Origin: a bacterium | Lineage (GTDB): Bacteria > Zhuqueibacterota > QNDG01 > DSAB01 | NCBI GenBank assembly: GCA_016931965.1 | Contig: JAFGDT010000086.1 | Span: forward strand, 129,142-193,141 | Length of the DNA: 64,000 nt | Reading direction: 5' to 3' | Part shown: positions 30,046-38,838 of the stretch, piece after piece | Numbering within the stretch: the first letter of the stretch is position 1 | Layout of the letters: the number at the start of each line of letters is the position of its first letter | The notes under the pieces: generated by a model | The model's database searches: none | What the model saw: the letters and a program-made list of their open reading frames with translations, nothing else | Told to the model about the DNA's origin: nothing | Made by a program: the position numbers and the translations under genes

Positions 30046-32250
30046 GTGGATAATGTATCCCTTTTAGTTGCTGGAAGCACGGGACAAGATTTCATCCCGA
30101 AGGAGTACCTTCCAAAAGGAAAAGATGACCATTACCTGCGAAACGAACAAACGTTCTGGCCGGACAAACGATGGCGACATCTGCAGATGAATGAGGTCGA
30201 AAGATTGGTCAGAAATTTGAACACCGCGGATAATTGGAATGAAATCCTGGTGACAGATCAATTTGATCCAGATCACATTTACAATAGCCAGTTTCATGGT
30301 TTGGTGAGAATTGGATCCTTAGAAAGCGCCATTCTCGAACATCATGACTTGAAATTGCCATGTGGCATCACAAACAGTGTGATTGTTTCCAGTGACATTG
30401 GGGATCATGTCGCCATCCACAATGTGAGCTACCTCGCCCATTACATTATCGGTAACCGGTGTATCCTCTTCAATATCGACGAAATGCACACCACCGATCA
30501 TGCCAAATTCGGAAACGGTATCATCAAACAGGGAGAACCGGAGAAAGTCCGAATATGGCTCGACCTGATGAATGAAACAGGGTGTCGGCGCATCCTGCCG
30601 TTTGACGGCATCATCCCGGCAGACGCTTATCTGTGGGCAAAATACAGGGACGATTTGCCATTACAAAAAAGATTGAAAGAAATCACACAAAATCGATTCG
30701 ATGATCGTCGCGGCCTGTATGGTACGGTGGAAGAGCAGTCTGTGGTTAAAAATTCACGCATTCTGAAAGATGTCAAAATCGGATCCCACTGTTATATCAA
30801 GGGCGCCAACAAGCTGAAAAATCTGACCATCAACTCATCTGAATCCGGGTCGACCCAAATTGGAGAGGGTGTTGAACTCGTAAACGGCATCATCGGTTAC
30901 GGCTGTCACATATTTTATGGATGCAAGGCCGTCCGCTTTATCCTGGGTGATAATTCCAATCTCAAGTACGGGGCCCGACTGATCAACTCGTTTCTGGGAG
31001 ACAATTCAACTATATCCTGCTGTGAAGTGTTGAACAATTTGATTTTCCCGGCTCACGAACAGCATCACAACAATTCGTTCTTGATCGCTTCCGTCGTGAA
31101 AGGACAGAGCAACATCGCAGCCGGTGCAACAATCGGATCGAATCACAACAGCCGCGCGAACGACAATGAGATAGAGGCAGGACGCGGATTCTGGCCGGGA
31201 TTGTGTACCAGTATCAAGCATTCCTGCCGGTTTGCCTCTTTCGTCCTGCTGGCCAAAGCCGATTACCCGGCAGAACTCGATATCCCCTTGCCTTTTTCTT
31301 TATTGAACAACAACAGTTCAAAAGATCAATTGGAAGTCCTGCCTGCCTACTGGTGGTTGTATAACATGTACGCCTTGGCCAGAAATGCCTGGAAATTCCA
31401 TTCGCGAGACAAGCGTTCCAACAAAATGCAGCACATTGAATTTGATGCGCTGGCACCCGATACCGCTGAAGAAATATTCCAAGCCCGTTTGCTGCTTGAA
31501 ATATGGACAGCCAAAGCCTATCTGCGCCATCAAAATAAAAAGATCGAAAGTAAAAGTAAGAGTGAATTGATTCAAATGGGCCGCAAACTGCTTCACGAAT
31601 CTGAAGATCAAATCAAGAATTTGGAAATTCTGGGTGAATGCATGGAAAAATCAAAACGCAAGGTGGTTATTTTGAAAGCGGTTGAAGCCTACCATGCCTA
31701 CAGCGATATGCTGCACTATTACGCTGTTAAGGTACTCTTGGGAATGATGAAAGAAAACAAAAATATCGGATTTTCTGCACTATCCAATACACTTGCCGGT
31801 AACCGGGAAACCGCATGGGTCAATATCGGCGGCCAACTCGCCAGAAAGAAAGATGTGGATCAACTGAGATCCGATATTGGCGAACAAAAATTGAATACCT
31901 GGGAGGACATTCATCTTCGGTATGACCAACTCTGGGATCAATACCCTTTGGAAAAACAGCGTCACGCATTGGCTACACTGTGCGATTTACTGGGGACCAA
32001 AACCTTATACAAGGAACAATGGATAGACGCTCTCAAAAAAGCGGTTGTTATACAGAAATATATCGATGAACAGGTTTACGTCTCTCGAAAGAAGGATTAT
32101 GTCAATCCGTTTCGGCGGGCCACTTTCCGCAATGACGATGAGATGATGGCTGCCATCGGAGATATCGAGGACAACAGCTTTATTCAGCAGGTCAGAGCGG
32201 AAACCCATCAATTTGAAAAAGATGTTCGGGCAATTATGAAACGGAACTAA
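30046..32250 (+). CDS. DUF4954-like protein with left-handed beta-helix repeats
   Basis: Hexapeptide-like repeats (IGEGVELVNGIIGYGC, LGDNS), HEQHHNNSFL, GATIGSNHNSR; GTG start after AAGGAG. Confidence 0.8.
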   Translation: MDNVSLLVAGSTGQDFIPKEYLPKGKDDHYLRNEQTFWPDKRWRHLQMNEVERLVRNLNTADNWNEILVTDQFDPDHIYNSQFHGLVRIGSLESAILEHHDLKLPCGITNSVIVSSDIGDHVAIHNVSYLAHYIIGNRCILFNIDEMHTTDHAKFGNGIIKQGEPEKVRIWLDLMNETGCRRILPFDGIIPADAYLWAKYRDDLPLQKRLKEITQNRFDDRRGLYGTVEEQSVVKNSRILKDVKIGSHCYIKGANKLKNLTINSSESGSTQIGEGVELVNGIIGYGCHIFYGCKAVRFILGDNSNLKYGARLINSFLGDNSTISCCEVLNNLIFPAHEQHHNNSFLIASVVKGQSNIAAGATIGSNHNSRANDNEIEAGRGFWPGLCTSIKHSCRFASFVLLAKADYPAELDIPLPFSLLNNNSSKDQLEVLPAYWWLYNMYALARNAWKFHSRDKRSNKMQHIEFDALAPDTAEEIFQARLLLEIWTAKAYLRHQNKKIESKSKSELIQMGRKLLHESEDQIKNLEILGECMEKSKRKVVILKAVEAYHAYSDMLHYYAVKVLLGMMKENKNIGFSALSNTLAGNRETAWVNIGGQLARKKDVDQLRSDIGEQKLNTWEDIHLRYDQLWDQYPLEKQRHALATLCDLLGTKTLYKEQWIDALKKAVVIQKYIDEQVYVSRKKDYVNPFRRATFRNDDEMMAAIGDIEDNSFIQQVRAETHQFEKDVRAIMKRN

Positions 32251-32295
32251 ACGGTAGAAACGAGACAACTACATGATAAATAAAGGAAAACGGAC

Positions 32296-33312
32296 ATGAA
32301 TCGCGATCATGAAAAGTACAGTCGATTTAAACTGGTTCAGGAAATGATGGACACAATCGGCGTTGTCCAAAACTTTGATATGAATCAAACCAAAGAGGTC
32401 TCCAAAGAAATCAAGAGTGTGGGCCGACTTCTGTTGACGGGTGAAGGATCCAGCCGTATTTTCCCCGCCAAGAATGCGATTCGAAAAGCGCTGAGATGGG
32501 GATTGGATCTCAATATTGTGACGGACGGTTCTCAGCAATCATCACAGTACGATCTATCCAAATTTGCTGTTTTCTGTGCATCCAATTCGGGACGGACCAA
32601 AGAGGTGGTTCTCCTGGCAAAACAGCTGGCACAGACAGGAAACAACCACCGTTACGGATTAACGGCTAATCAAGATACACTGCTGGAAAAAGAATGCACC
32701 CGCACTTTTGTCCTGACATGCGGCTGGGAACAGGCGGTCGCGGCGACCAAAAGTGTTATCGAGCAGGCCCTTTTTTATGAGTCGATTCTCACCCATTTAA
32801 ACGAAAATATCAACACTCCGTCATTATCGGAGTTGGCTTCTCATATCAAAGGGGCTTTGACCTTATCGATTGATTCTGACATCGTCCAAGCGGCCATGAA
32901 TGCATCGACGATCTATTTTGCCGGATACAACGACGGCGTTGCGGAAGAGCTGACTCTGAAGACCAATGAAATCACACAAAGAAAATCAGATTATCTTGAA
33001 GGCACGTACGCGGTTCACGGCATCGAAGAAGTGATGGAGAAAAACGATGTTGTTTTCGTGATCGATCCGATTGAGGATGAAATCAAGAAATTCCAGGAAG
33101 TTCTGGTGAAAGGTGTCGGATTAAAAGTCGTAGCGATTGCAGACCGAGAGATGCCTTTTACAACCATTCATGTCCCGAATGCAGGTGCGTTTGCACCCTA
33201 TGTTTATCTATGCGCGGGATGGAATCTGCTGGTTGAAATCGGTCTGGCGCTGGGTATTGACCTCGACAAACCGGAACGCGCCCGCAAAGTGGGGAATGAG
33301 TTTATCGGCTGA
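32296..33312 (+). CDS. Double-SIS sugar-phosphate isomerase (GlmS C-terminal / NagB-II-like, no glutaminase domain)
   Basis: EMMDT, TGEGSS, SNSGRTKE, EQAVAATKS, EELTLKTNE, HG, C-terminal GIDLDKPERARKV. Confidence 0.85.
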   Translation: MNRDHEKYSRFKLVQEMMDTIGVVQNFDMNQTKEVSKEIKSVGRLLLTGEGSSRIFPAKNAIRKALRWGLDLNIVTDGSQQSSQYDLSKFAVFCASNSGRTKEVVLLAKQLAQTGNNHRYGLTANQDTLLEKECTRTFVLTCGWEQAVAATKSVIEQALFYESILTHLNENINTPSLSELASHIKGALTLSIDSDIVQAAMNASTIYFAGYNDGVAEELTLKTNEITQRKSDYLEGTYAVHGIEEVMEKNDVVFVIDPIEDEIKKFQEVLVKGVGLKVVAIADREMPFTTIHVPNAGAFAPYVYLCAGWNLLVEIGLALGIDLDKPERARKVGNEFIG

Positions 33313-33324
33313 TTGAGGATAAAA

Positions 33325-33354
33325 GACCCCCACGCCAAGCGTAGGTATCAGAAG
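33325..33354 (-). repeat. Inverted diverged copy of the CTTCTGGTACCCACG REP
   Basis: Reverse complement cttctgatacctacgcttggcgtgggggtc. Confidence 0.65.
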
Positions 33355-33398
33355 TGGAAAACAAATTTTTCATCGACATAATTATTGTAGAGAGAATC

Positions 33399-33554
33399 AT
33401 GGAAATAAAAACGAAAATTCTAATATGTTTAATTGTATTCGCTTTTTTAGACATGATTATTCCAATACCCTTTACCGCTCTTATTTTGATATATGTCGTT
33501 CTAGAAAAACCTCCATGGTTTAAAAATTTGGTAACTGATATTTATAAACCTTGA
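33399..33554 (+). CDS. Small hydrophobic membrane protein
   Basis: 51 aa from ATG 33399; DMIIPIP helical-hairpin pattern. Confidence 0.6.
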   Translation: MEIKTKILICLIVFAFLDMIIPIPFTALILIYVVLEKPPWFKNLVTDIYKP

Positions 33555-33557
33555 CCA

Positions 33558-33664
33558 CCTCAGGTATCCTTACCCGAGGTGTATCAGTCAGTGGACTTCC
33601 CAGTCCACTATGAGGCAGAAGTCCCCTAATAATGCGCCTAGGATTGGGAAATCCAGAGCAATCA
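33558..33664. repeat. Structured ~107-nt element, copy 1
   Basis: Ungapped match to 36448-36554 (19 mismatches in 107 by hand count); four consecutive hairpins. Confidence 0.9.
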
Positions 33665-33682
33665 TGAGAAGTGATATAAAAA

Positions 33683-34399
33683 ATGAAAAGAAGAATAATA
33701 ATCCTGTTTTTTCTTTTCAACATATCCCTCAACCATGACTTTGGTTTTGCATGTTTATGTCCTCCTCCACCTCCCCCAAAAGTGGCGCTAAAAAACAGCG
33801 ATGCCGTGTTTATTGGCCAAGTGATTGAAATGACAATTGATACCACAGATACCTTTGATTTTCTCCTGGCTCCTGTCTATCGGGTAAAACTTACGGTATA
33901 TGCTTCATGGAAGAGAGCAGAATTAGGTGAAATCATTATTACAACATTTATAGAATCAAGCCTCTGCGGATATCCATTCGAGAAAGATACCACTTATCTG
34001 GTTTATGCTTCTATGGAAGAAGATACTTTATTCGCCGGCAGATGCTCAAGAACAAAAAAACTCACCGAATCAGACTACGATTTGAGTGAACTGGGTTTTC
34101 CTACTATTGGTAAATTGCCAGCTGGATTTCCTCGAAACCCAATTCTGTGTCAGAACTATCCCAACCCATTCAACGTATTCACAATCATAAAATATTCGAT
34201 ACCCAGACAAAGTGTTGTCACTTTAAAGCTGTATAATCCGCTTGGTAAAGAAGTGTACACCTTGGTTGATGAATTCCAGGAGCCAACGACATATTCGTTC
34301 AATTTCGATGCAAGCGGACTTTCAAACGGAGTCTATTTTTATCGATTGCAGGTGGAAAACCAATTCGTGGAAACAAAGAAAATGGTACTCATTCGATAA
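33683..34399 (+). CDS. Secreted TIMP/NTR-like domain protein with T9SS type-A C-terminal sorting domain
   Basis: Signal peptide then CLC; SDAVFIGQV, CGYPF, YLVYA, CSRT; C-terminal QNYPNPFN..LGKEV..GVYFYRL..TKKMVLIR. Confidence 0.8.
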   Translation: MKRRIIILFFLFNISLNHDFGFACLCPPPPPPKVALKNSDAVFIGQVIEMTIDTTDTFDFLLAPVYRVKLTVYASWKRAELGEIIITTFIESSLCGYPFEKDTTYLVYASMEEDTLFAGRCSRTKKLTESDYDLSELGFPTIGKLPAGFPRNPILCQNYPNPFNVFTIIKYSIPRQSVVTLKLYNPLGKEVYTLVDEFQEPTTYSFNFDASGLSNGVYFYRLQVENQFVETKKMVLIR

Positions 34400-34529
34400 T
34401 CGATAATATAGCAGTAACGTAATCTATGCGGGACGAATTATAGGAAATAAGGAGACAAAATAAAATCAGCAGGAAGAAAAATGAATTGCTGGATATCATT
34501 GACAAAAATGGAAATAGTATAGGGCTTCC

Positions 34530-35192
34530 ATGAAATTTAAAAAAACAGTCATTAAAAAAAATAAAATTTTCGGAAACAGTTCACAATTAATAATCGCCTG
34601 TTTAAAAGACCGCAATTCATATACGGGTTTTATTTCTTGCGGGGAAATAAATAATGATAAGTTTAATATTATTTTTAAAGATATTCCAGCTGTGTTTGGG
34701 AAAAATGGTTTGGGAAAATCTAAAGAAGGAGATAATAAAACACCAGAAGGGATTTTTAAAATTACAGGTGCATTTGGCAGCACAAAACCCTCTTTCAAAT
34801 TAAACATACCCTTTCATATCACATCACAATATGATTATTGGATCGACGATCCTAATTCAAAAGACTATAATACCCTGGTATATTTTCAGGGTGATCCGGA
34901 TTCAAAATGGAATTCTTATGAAAGATTAAATAACCCTCTCTATAAATATGCTATAATCTATGATTATAATAAAGAGTGTATCTCAGGGCTTGGTTCTGCT
35001 CTATTTATTCATATATGGAAAAATCCAGAAGTTCCTACATCTGGATGTACTGCAGTCTCAGAAAAAGATCTTATGAAAATAATCAAATGGCTGGATATAA
35101 ATAAAAATCCGATCCTTATACAAGGATGTATGAATGAAAAAATTTTTATTCAGGATAACATGAATGAAATAAAGGAGTTTTTATGGCATTAA
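34530..35192 (+). CDS. L,D-transpeptidase (YkuD-like) family protein
   Basis: KEGDNKTPEG, GSALFIH, PTSGC catalytic motif. Confidence 0.88.
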   Translation: MKFKKTVIKKNKIFGNSSQLIIACLKDRNSYTGFISCGEINNDKFNIIFKDIPAVFGKNGLGKSKEGDNKTPEGIFKITGAFGSTKPSFKLNIPFHITSQYDYWIDDPNSKDYNTLVYFQGDPDSKWNSYERLNNPLYKYAIIYDYNKECISGLGSALFIHIWKNPEVPTSGCTAVSEKDLMKIIKWLDINKNPILIQGCMNEKIFIQDNMNEIKEFLWH

Positions 35193-36415
35193 ATATTTTA
35201 TTCATTCTATTTTTCTTAACTGCATATATAATAGGATTAATAAGACTGATTTTTTTTCATGATGCGACCATCTTTCCTGACTTAATCAACTCCACCTTTG
35301 ATCTGGCAAAAGAAGGTTTTACATTATCTCTTGGATTGGTTGGTATCATGACATTATGGCTCGGGTTTATGCGCATAGGTGAAAAAGCAGGAATCATTCA
35401 AATCTTAGGAAAAGTGGTTAATCCCTTATTTAAAAGGATTTTCCCTGAATTACCGGACGGCCATCCTGCTTACAGCAGTATGCTCATGAATATAGCTGCA
35501 AATATGATCGGGCTGGATAATGCTGCGACACCACTTGGACTCAAAGCCATGCAGCAGCTTCAAGATGCAAATCCCCAAAAAGATACTGCAAGTAATGCCC
35601 AGATTATGTTCCTCGTTATGAATACTTCCGGACTGTGTATTATACCGGTTAGCATTATGATGTACCGCGCAGAATGCGGAGCCATGAATCCATCTGATAT
35701 TTTTATTCCTGTCATTTTAGCTACTTTTTTTTCAACCATCGGCGGTATTACTGCATGTAGTATCATCCAGAGAATAAAAATATTTGATAAAATTATTCTC
35801 GCCTATTTTTTCGGCATTACGAGTTTTATCGTTTTTATAATTTGGACCTTTTCAACCCTTCCGCAGGAAAGTGTTCAAACGATTTCTTTAGTCGCCGGAA
35901 ATACGATTTTATTTACTGTTATTGCCGGATTTATTTTGTACGGTGTAAAGCGGAAAGTAAATATATACGAAGCTTTCATTGAAGGGGCAAAAGGTGGATT
36001 TCAAATTGGTGTGAAAATCATTCCGTATATTGTTGGTATACTCGTTGCGATTGGTGTATTTCGTACTTCAGGAGCACTCAATTATCTGATAAACGGGCTT
36101 GAATCTACACTTCATTTTTTCGGCATGAACACAGATTTTATACCTGCTTTACCTACAGGATTAATGAGACCTCTCAGCGGAAGCGGAGCAAGAGGATTTA
36201 TGATAGATACGATGAACACATATGGTGCCGACAGTTTTGTTGGAAGGCTTTCAAGTATTTTTAATGGCTCAACGGATACAACTTTTTATATTCTGGCTGT
36301 ATATTTTGGCTCAGTGGCTATTAAAAAAACACGGCATGCAGTTGCTGCCGGTCTAATTGCTGATATCATCGGGATCATTGCCTCTATCATCATTGGATAC
36401 ATATTTTTTTATTGA
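35183..36415 (+). CDS. SpmA-SpmB fusion (nucleoside recognition/gate domain) membrane protein
   Basis: LWLGFMRIGE, ANMIGLDNAATPLGLKAM, FIEGAKGG, RPLSGSG, GSTDTTFY. Confidence 0.9.
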   Translation: MALNILFILFFLTAYIIGLIRLIFFHDATIFPDLINSTFDLAKEGFTLSLGLVGIMTLWLGFMRIGEKAGIIQILGKVVNPLFKRIFPELPDGHPAYSSMLMNIAANMIGLDNAATPLGLKAMQQLQDANPQKDTASNAQIMFLVMNTSGLCIIPVSIMMYRAECGAMNPSDIFIPVILATFFSTIGGITACSIIQRIKIFDKIILAYFFGITSFIVFIIWTFSTLPQESVQTISLVAGNTILFTVIAGFILYGVKRKVNIYEAFIEGAKGGFQIGVKIIPYIVGILVAIGVFRTSGALNYLINGLESTLHFFGMNTDFIPALPTGLMRPLSGSGARGFMIDTMNTYGADSFVGRLSSIFNGSTDTTFYILAVYFGSVAIKKTRHAVAAGLIADIIGIIASIIIGYIFFY

Positions 36416-36447
36416 TCGAATGTAATAGCCATGTATGTTTTGGATCG

Positions 36448-36554
36448 CCTCGGATATCTCTAACCGAGGTGTATAAGTTGATGGACTTCACAGTCCATTA
36501 TGGAGCAGAAGCCCCATGATAATGCGCCCAGGATTGGGAAATCCAGCGCGATCA
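36448..36554. repeat. Structured ~107-nt element, copy 2, adjacent to the duplicated gene end
   Basis: Matches copy 1; ends GCGCGATCA about 10 nt before the SIS 3'-end duplicate. Confidence 0.9.
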
Positions 36555-36564
36555 CATCAGCCCA

Positions 36565-36629
36565 GCGCTTGGCATCGACCTCGACAAACCGGAACGCGCC
36601 ACAAAGTGGGCAATGAATTCATCGGTTGA
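36565..36629 (+). pseudogene. Displaced, frameshifted duplicate of the last 22 codons of the SIS gene (att-like)
   Basis: Seven synonymous third-position changes and one cgc-to-ac indel relative to 33247-33312. Confidence 0.88.
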
Positions 36630-36797
36630 ATTTTCGTAGGGGCAGGTTCCAAACTTGACCCAAAATTTGATCGCGGGGATATCCCCCTATGCGGTGGATT
36701 GAAGAGGGACATCCATCCCATAATAAATGATTCGACCAGGATGGAAAAACTGGCCGACCAAATAGTTAAATCAATTAAAATGACAGGTCGACTCATC

Positions 36798-37724
36798 CTA
36801 AATTATGACCGCGCTTTCACTTCTTGACCGACTTGTCTGATCAGCAAACGATTGATAACGTGTTGGCTGATTGATTCGATAAAAATCCTTAACCCATTTA
36901 ATCAGCTTTGCCGGACCATTGGAAGGATAAGAAACACGCGGTGCTACTTGATCAATCTGGCGAAGGAAAGCGGGATCCGCTATTTTTTCAAAATAGTATT
37001 TTAACTCTTGATCACGCTCCTGTTCCGTCCATTTTTTTCTGAGCTTCTTCTCAAAGTTTAAGCCCGTCACCCTGGGAATGGTGCTGCATTGATCTCCATA
37101 AGCTGATAAAAATTTTCGCCACATATAGAGATCGGTCTGAATTCTTTTCGGTGTCGTTACCCACCCCTCTCCCAGTTTCAGGTAACTCTCCCTGGTATGC
37201 GCGCCGGCCGTCAATCCAAAAAAATTGGGGAAATGCCCCAAAAGCGTGGGTATCCTCTGTTTTCCGAGCATTTTGTTGACGATGGCTTGATTTCTTAAAT
37301 CGATCCAAATCACCTGAGAGAAAAGGGTATTTACGTCTCCGACATCACGAGGCAGGTTCACGCTGGCATGGATCGAGTGGACAAACAGGCAGGTTTTTAA
37401 TGCCTCTTCAACTTCCTGAACATGATTCGGCAGCCATAAATCATCGTGACAACAATAACCAATGATTTCACCTGTTGTTTGTCGGATGACTTCATCCCTA
37501 TAGGGTTCCCCTGTTCGGGGTGATTTTGGATAGATAAAAATCTTGAGGCGGGGATCTTCCTTTCCCATTTCTTTGAAAAAAGAAATCATTTCTTGCGGTG
37601 AGCCGTCACAGATCAGGCAGATTTCAAGTTCCTGGATAGTCTGCTGTTGAACGCTTTGAATCGCCCAGCGGGCAAATCGTGCATTTCCGAATGTCGGGAT
37701 AATGACTGTTGCCCTGGCTGCCAT
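36798..37724 (-). CDS. Glycosyltransferase family 2 (GT-A)
   Basis: TVIIPTF, SVQQQT, ICDGS, HDDLWLPNH. Confidence 0.88.
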   Translation of the reverse strand: MAARATVIIPTFGNARFARWAIQSVQQQTIQELEICLICDGSPQEMISFFKEMGKEDPRLKIFIYPKSPRTGEPYRDEVIRQTTGEIIGYCCHDDLWLPNHVQEVEEALKTCLFVHSIHASVNLPRDVGDVNTLFSQVIWIDLRNQAIVNKMLGKQRIPTLLGHFPNFFGLTAGAHTRESYLKLGEGWVTTPKRIQTDLYMWRKFLSAYGDQCSTIPRVTGLNFEKKLRKKWTEQERDQELKYYFEKIADPAFLRQIDQVAPRVSYPSNGPAKLIKWVKDFYRINQPTRYQSFADQTSRSRSESAVII

Positions 37725-37733
37725 CGAAATCCC

Positions 37734-38819
37734 CTATATGATACTGGGATCTAAAAAATGATCCGAGGATTCTCCGAAACCTTCTCCCGTTTTACCATCC
37801 TGATAAATTGAAATGAGTTTTTGGACATAATCACTGAAAACCGGCGGTCTGTGCTTTGTGCCGATAAAGCGGTAATTGTTGCTGTTGATCTCGCCGAGTC
37901 GCTTCAACCTCTGAGGGTGCCAGAGAAAATCATCTTCAAGATACTCATTGAGATCGAGCAGTTCGGCATCGTCTTCATATTTGCACTCCGGACCGGCATA
38001 GTTCACTCCGTTGGCTCCGACCTGTATGAGAAAGTGGGACCCGTGGAGCTTTTCGAAAATCAATGGTTTTTTGGAATAACGCTCGTATGGCACCTGAATA
38101 TTAGCGTCTTGCGGTGAGGCTTCCTTAAATTGTTCGATGGTTTCAAGCACTCCAGTCTGATCTGCCTGGGTGGGACGCTCCCGATCCCAATCGATACAAT
38201 AGGGATGAAAATACAGCCAGTCTATGCCACTGTTTAATGCCCGAAGTCCGACCGTTTGATAACGATGGTTCCGTTCCGTACGGGTAAGCATGGAAGCCCC
38301 GATCTGCAGTTCGCTTCCTTCTTTTTCGACACGGTAACGGAGTCCTTCAAGTTTTTTGAGTGTGTGAATAAAATATTCTGAATCTTCATCCTGCCAATCA
38401 TATAGGGAAACACGGATAGACGTAACATACTCCAAGAGAGCATCTTGAATGTCAGCGTGATCAATATACCCCCCATTTGATATAATGGCGATTTCCCTGA
38501 ATCCCTTTTTTCTCGCCAGTGCCACTGTCTCGGGGAAATGGGGTACAATGGTCGGTTCACCCCCGGTGAGTACCAGGCCAGGTGTATGGGGACCCAATAC
38601 ACTGAAAAGCCGGTCAAGAAAGGGAAGCTGGAGCGTGAGACCGGGTTTTCTTGCAGAACAGTATGGACATCCCGGACAGGAGCGGGTACAGAGTTGCGTC
38701 AAATCCAGTTCCATTGTAACGGGGAAGATCTGTTCTCCATCCAAATAGGCTTTTATTCTTTGTGGATCGTGAGCAACTTTTGACGGTGCAAAAATTTTCG
38801 CTTGACCATTGATCATCAT
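37734..38819 (-). CDS. Radical SAM protein of unknown reaction
   Basis: ELDLTQLCTRSCPGC (CxxxCxxC), TGGEPT, ISNG, IRVSL. Confidence 0.85.
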   Translation of the reverse strand: MMINGQAKIFAPSKVAHDPQRIKAYLDGEQIFPVTMELDLTQLCTRSCPGCPYCSARKPGLTLQLPFLDRLFSVLGPHTPGLVLTGGEPTIVPHFPETVALARKKGFREIAIISNGGYIDHADIQDALLEYVTSIRVSLYDWQDEDSEYFIHTLKKLEGLRYRVEKEGSELQIGASMLTRTERNHRYQTVGLRALNSGIDWLYFHPYCIDWDRERPTQADQTGVLETIEQFKEASPQDANIQVPYERYSKKPLIFEKLHGSHFLIQVGANGVNYAGPECKYEDDAELLDLNEYLEDDFLWHPQRLKRLGEINSNNYRFIGTKHRPPVFSDYVQKLISIYQDGKTGEGFGESSDHFLDPSII

Positions 38820-38838
38820 TTTCCTTTCAGCAATTGAG

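Larger units (their letters stand above)
33247..36629 (+). mobile_element. Integrase-less genomic islet bounded by a duplicated SIS-gene 3' end
   Basis: 33247-33312 recurs at 36565-36629 with a 24-bp identical core; cargo visibly AT-rich in part; two internal structured repeats. Confidence 0.7.

Noticed and set aside
33558..36554. Classical integron attC sites or Tn7 ends
   Set aside because: No RYYYAAC/GTTRRRY cores, no intI or tns genes, and no TGT..ACA ends with a 5-bp duplication recognised.
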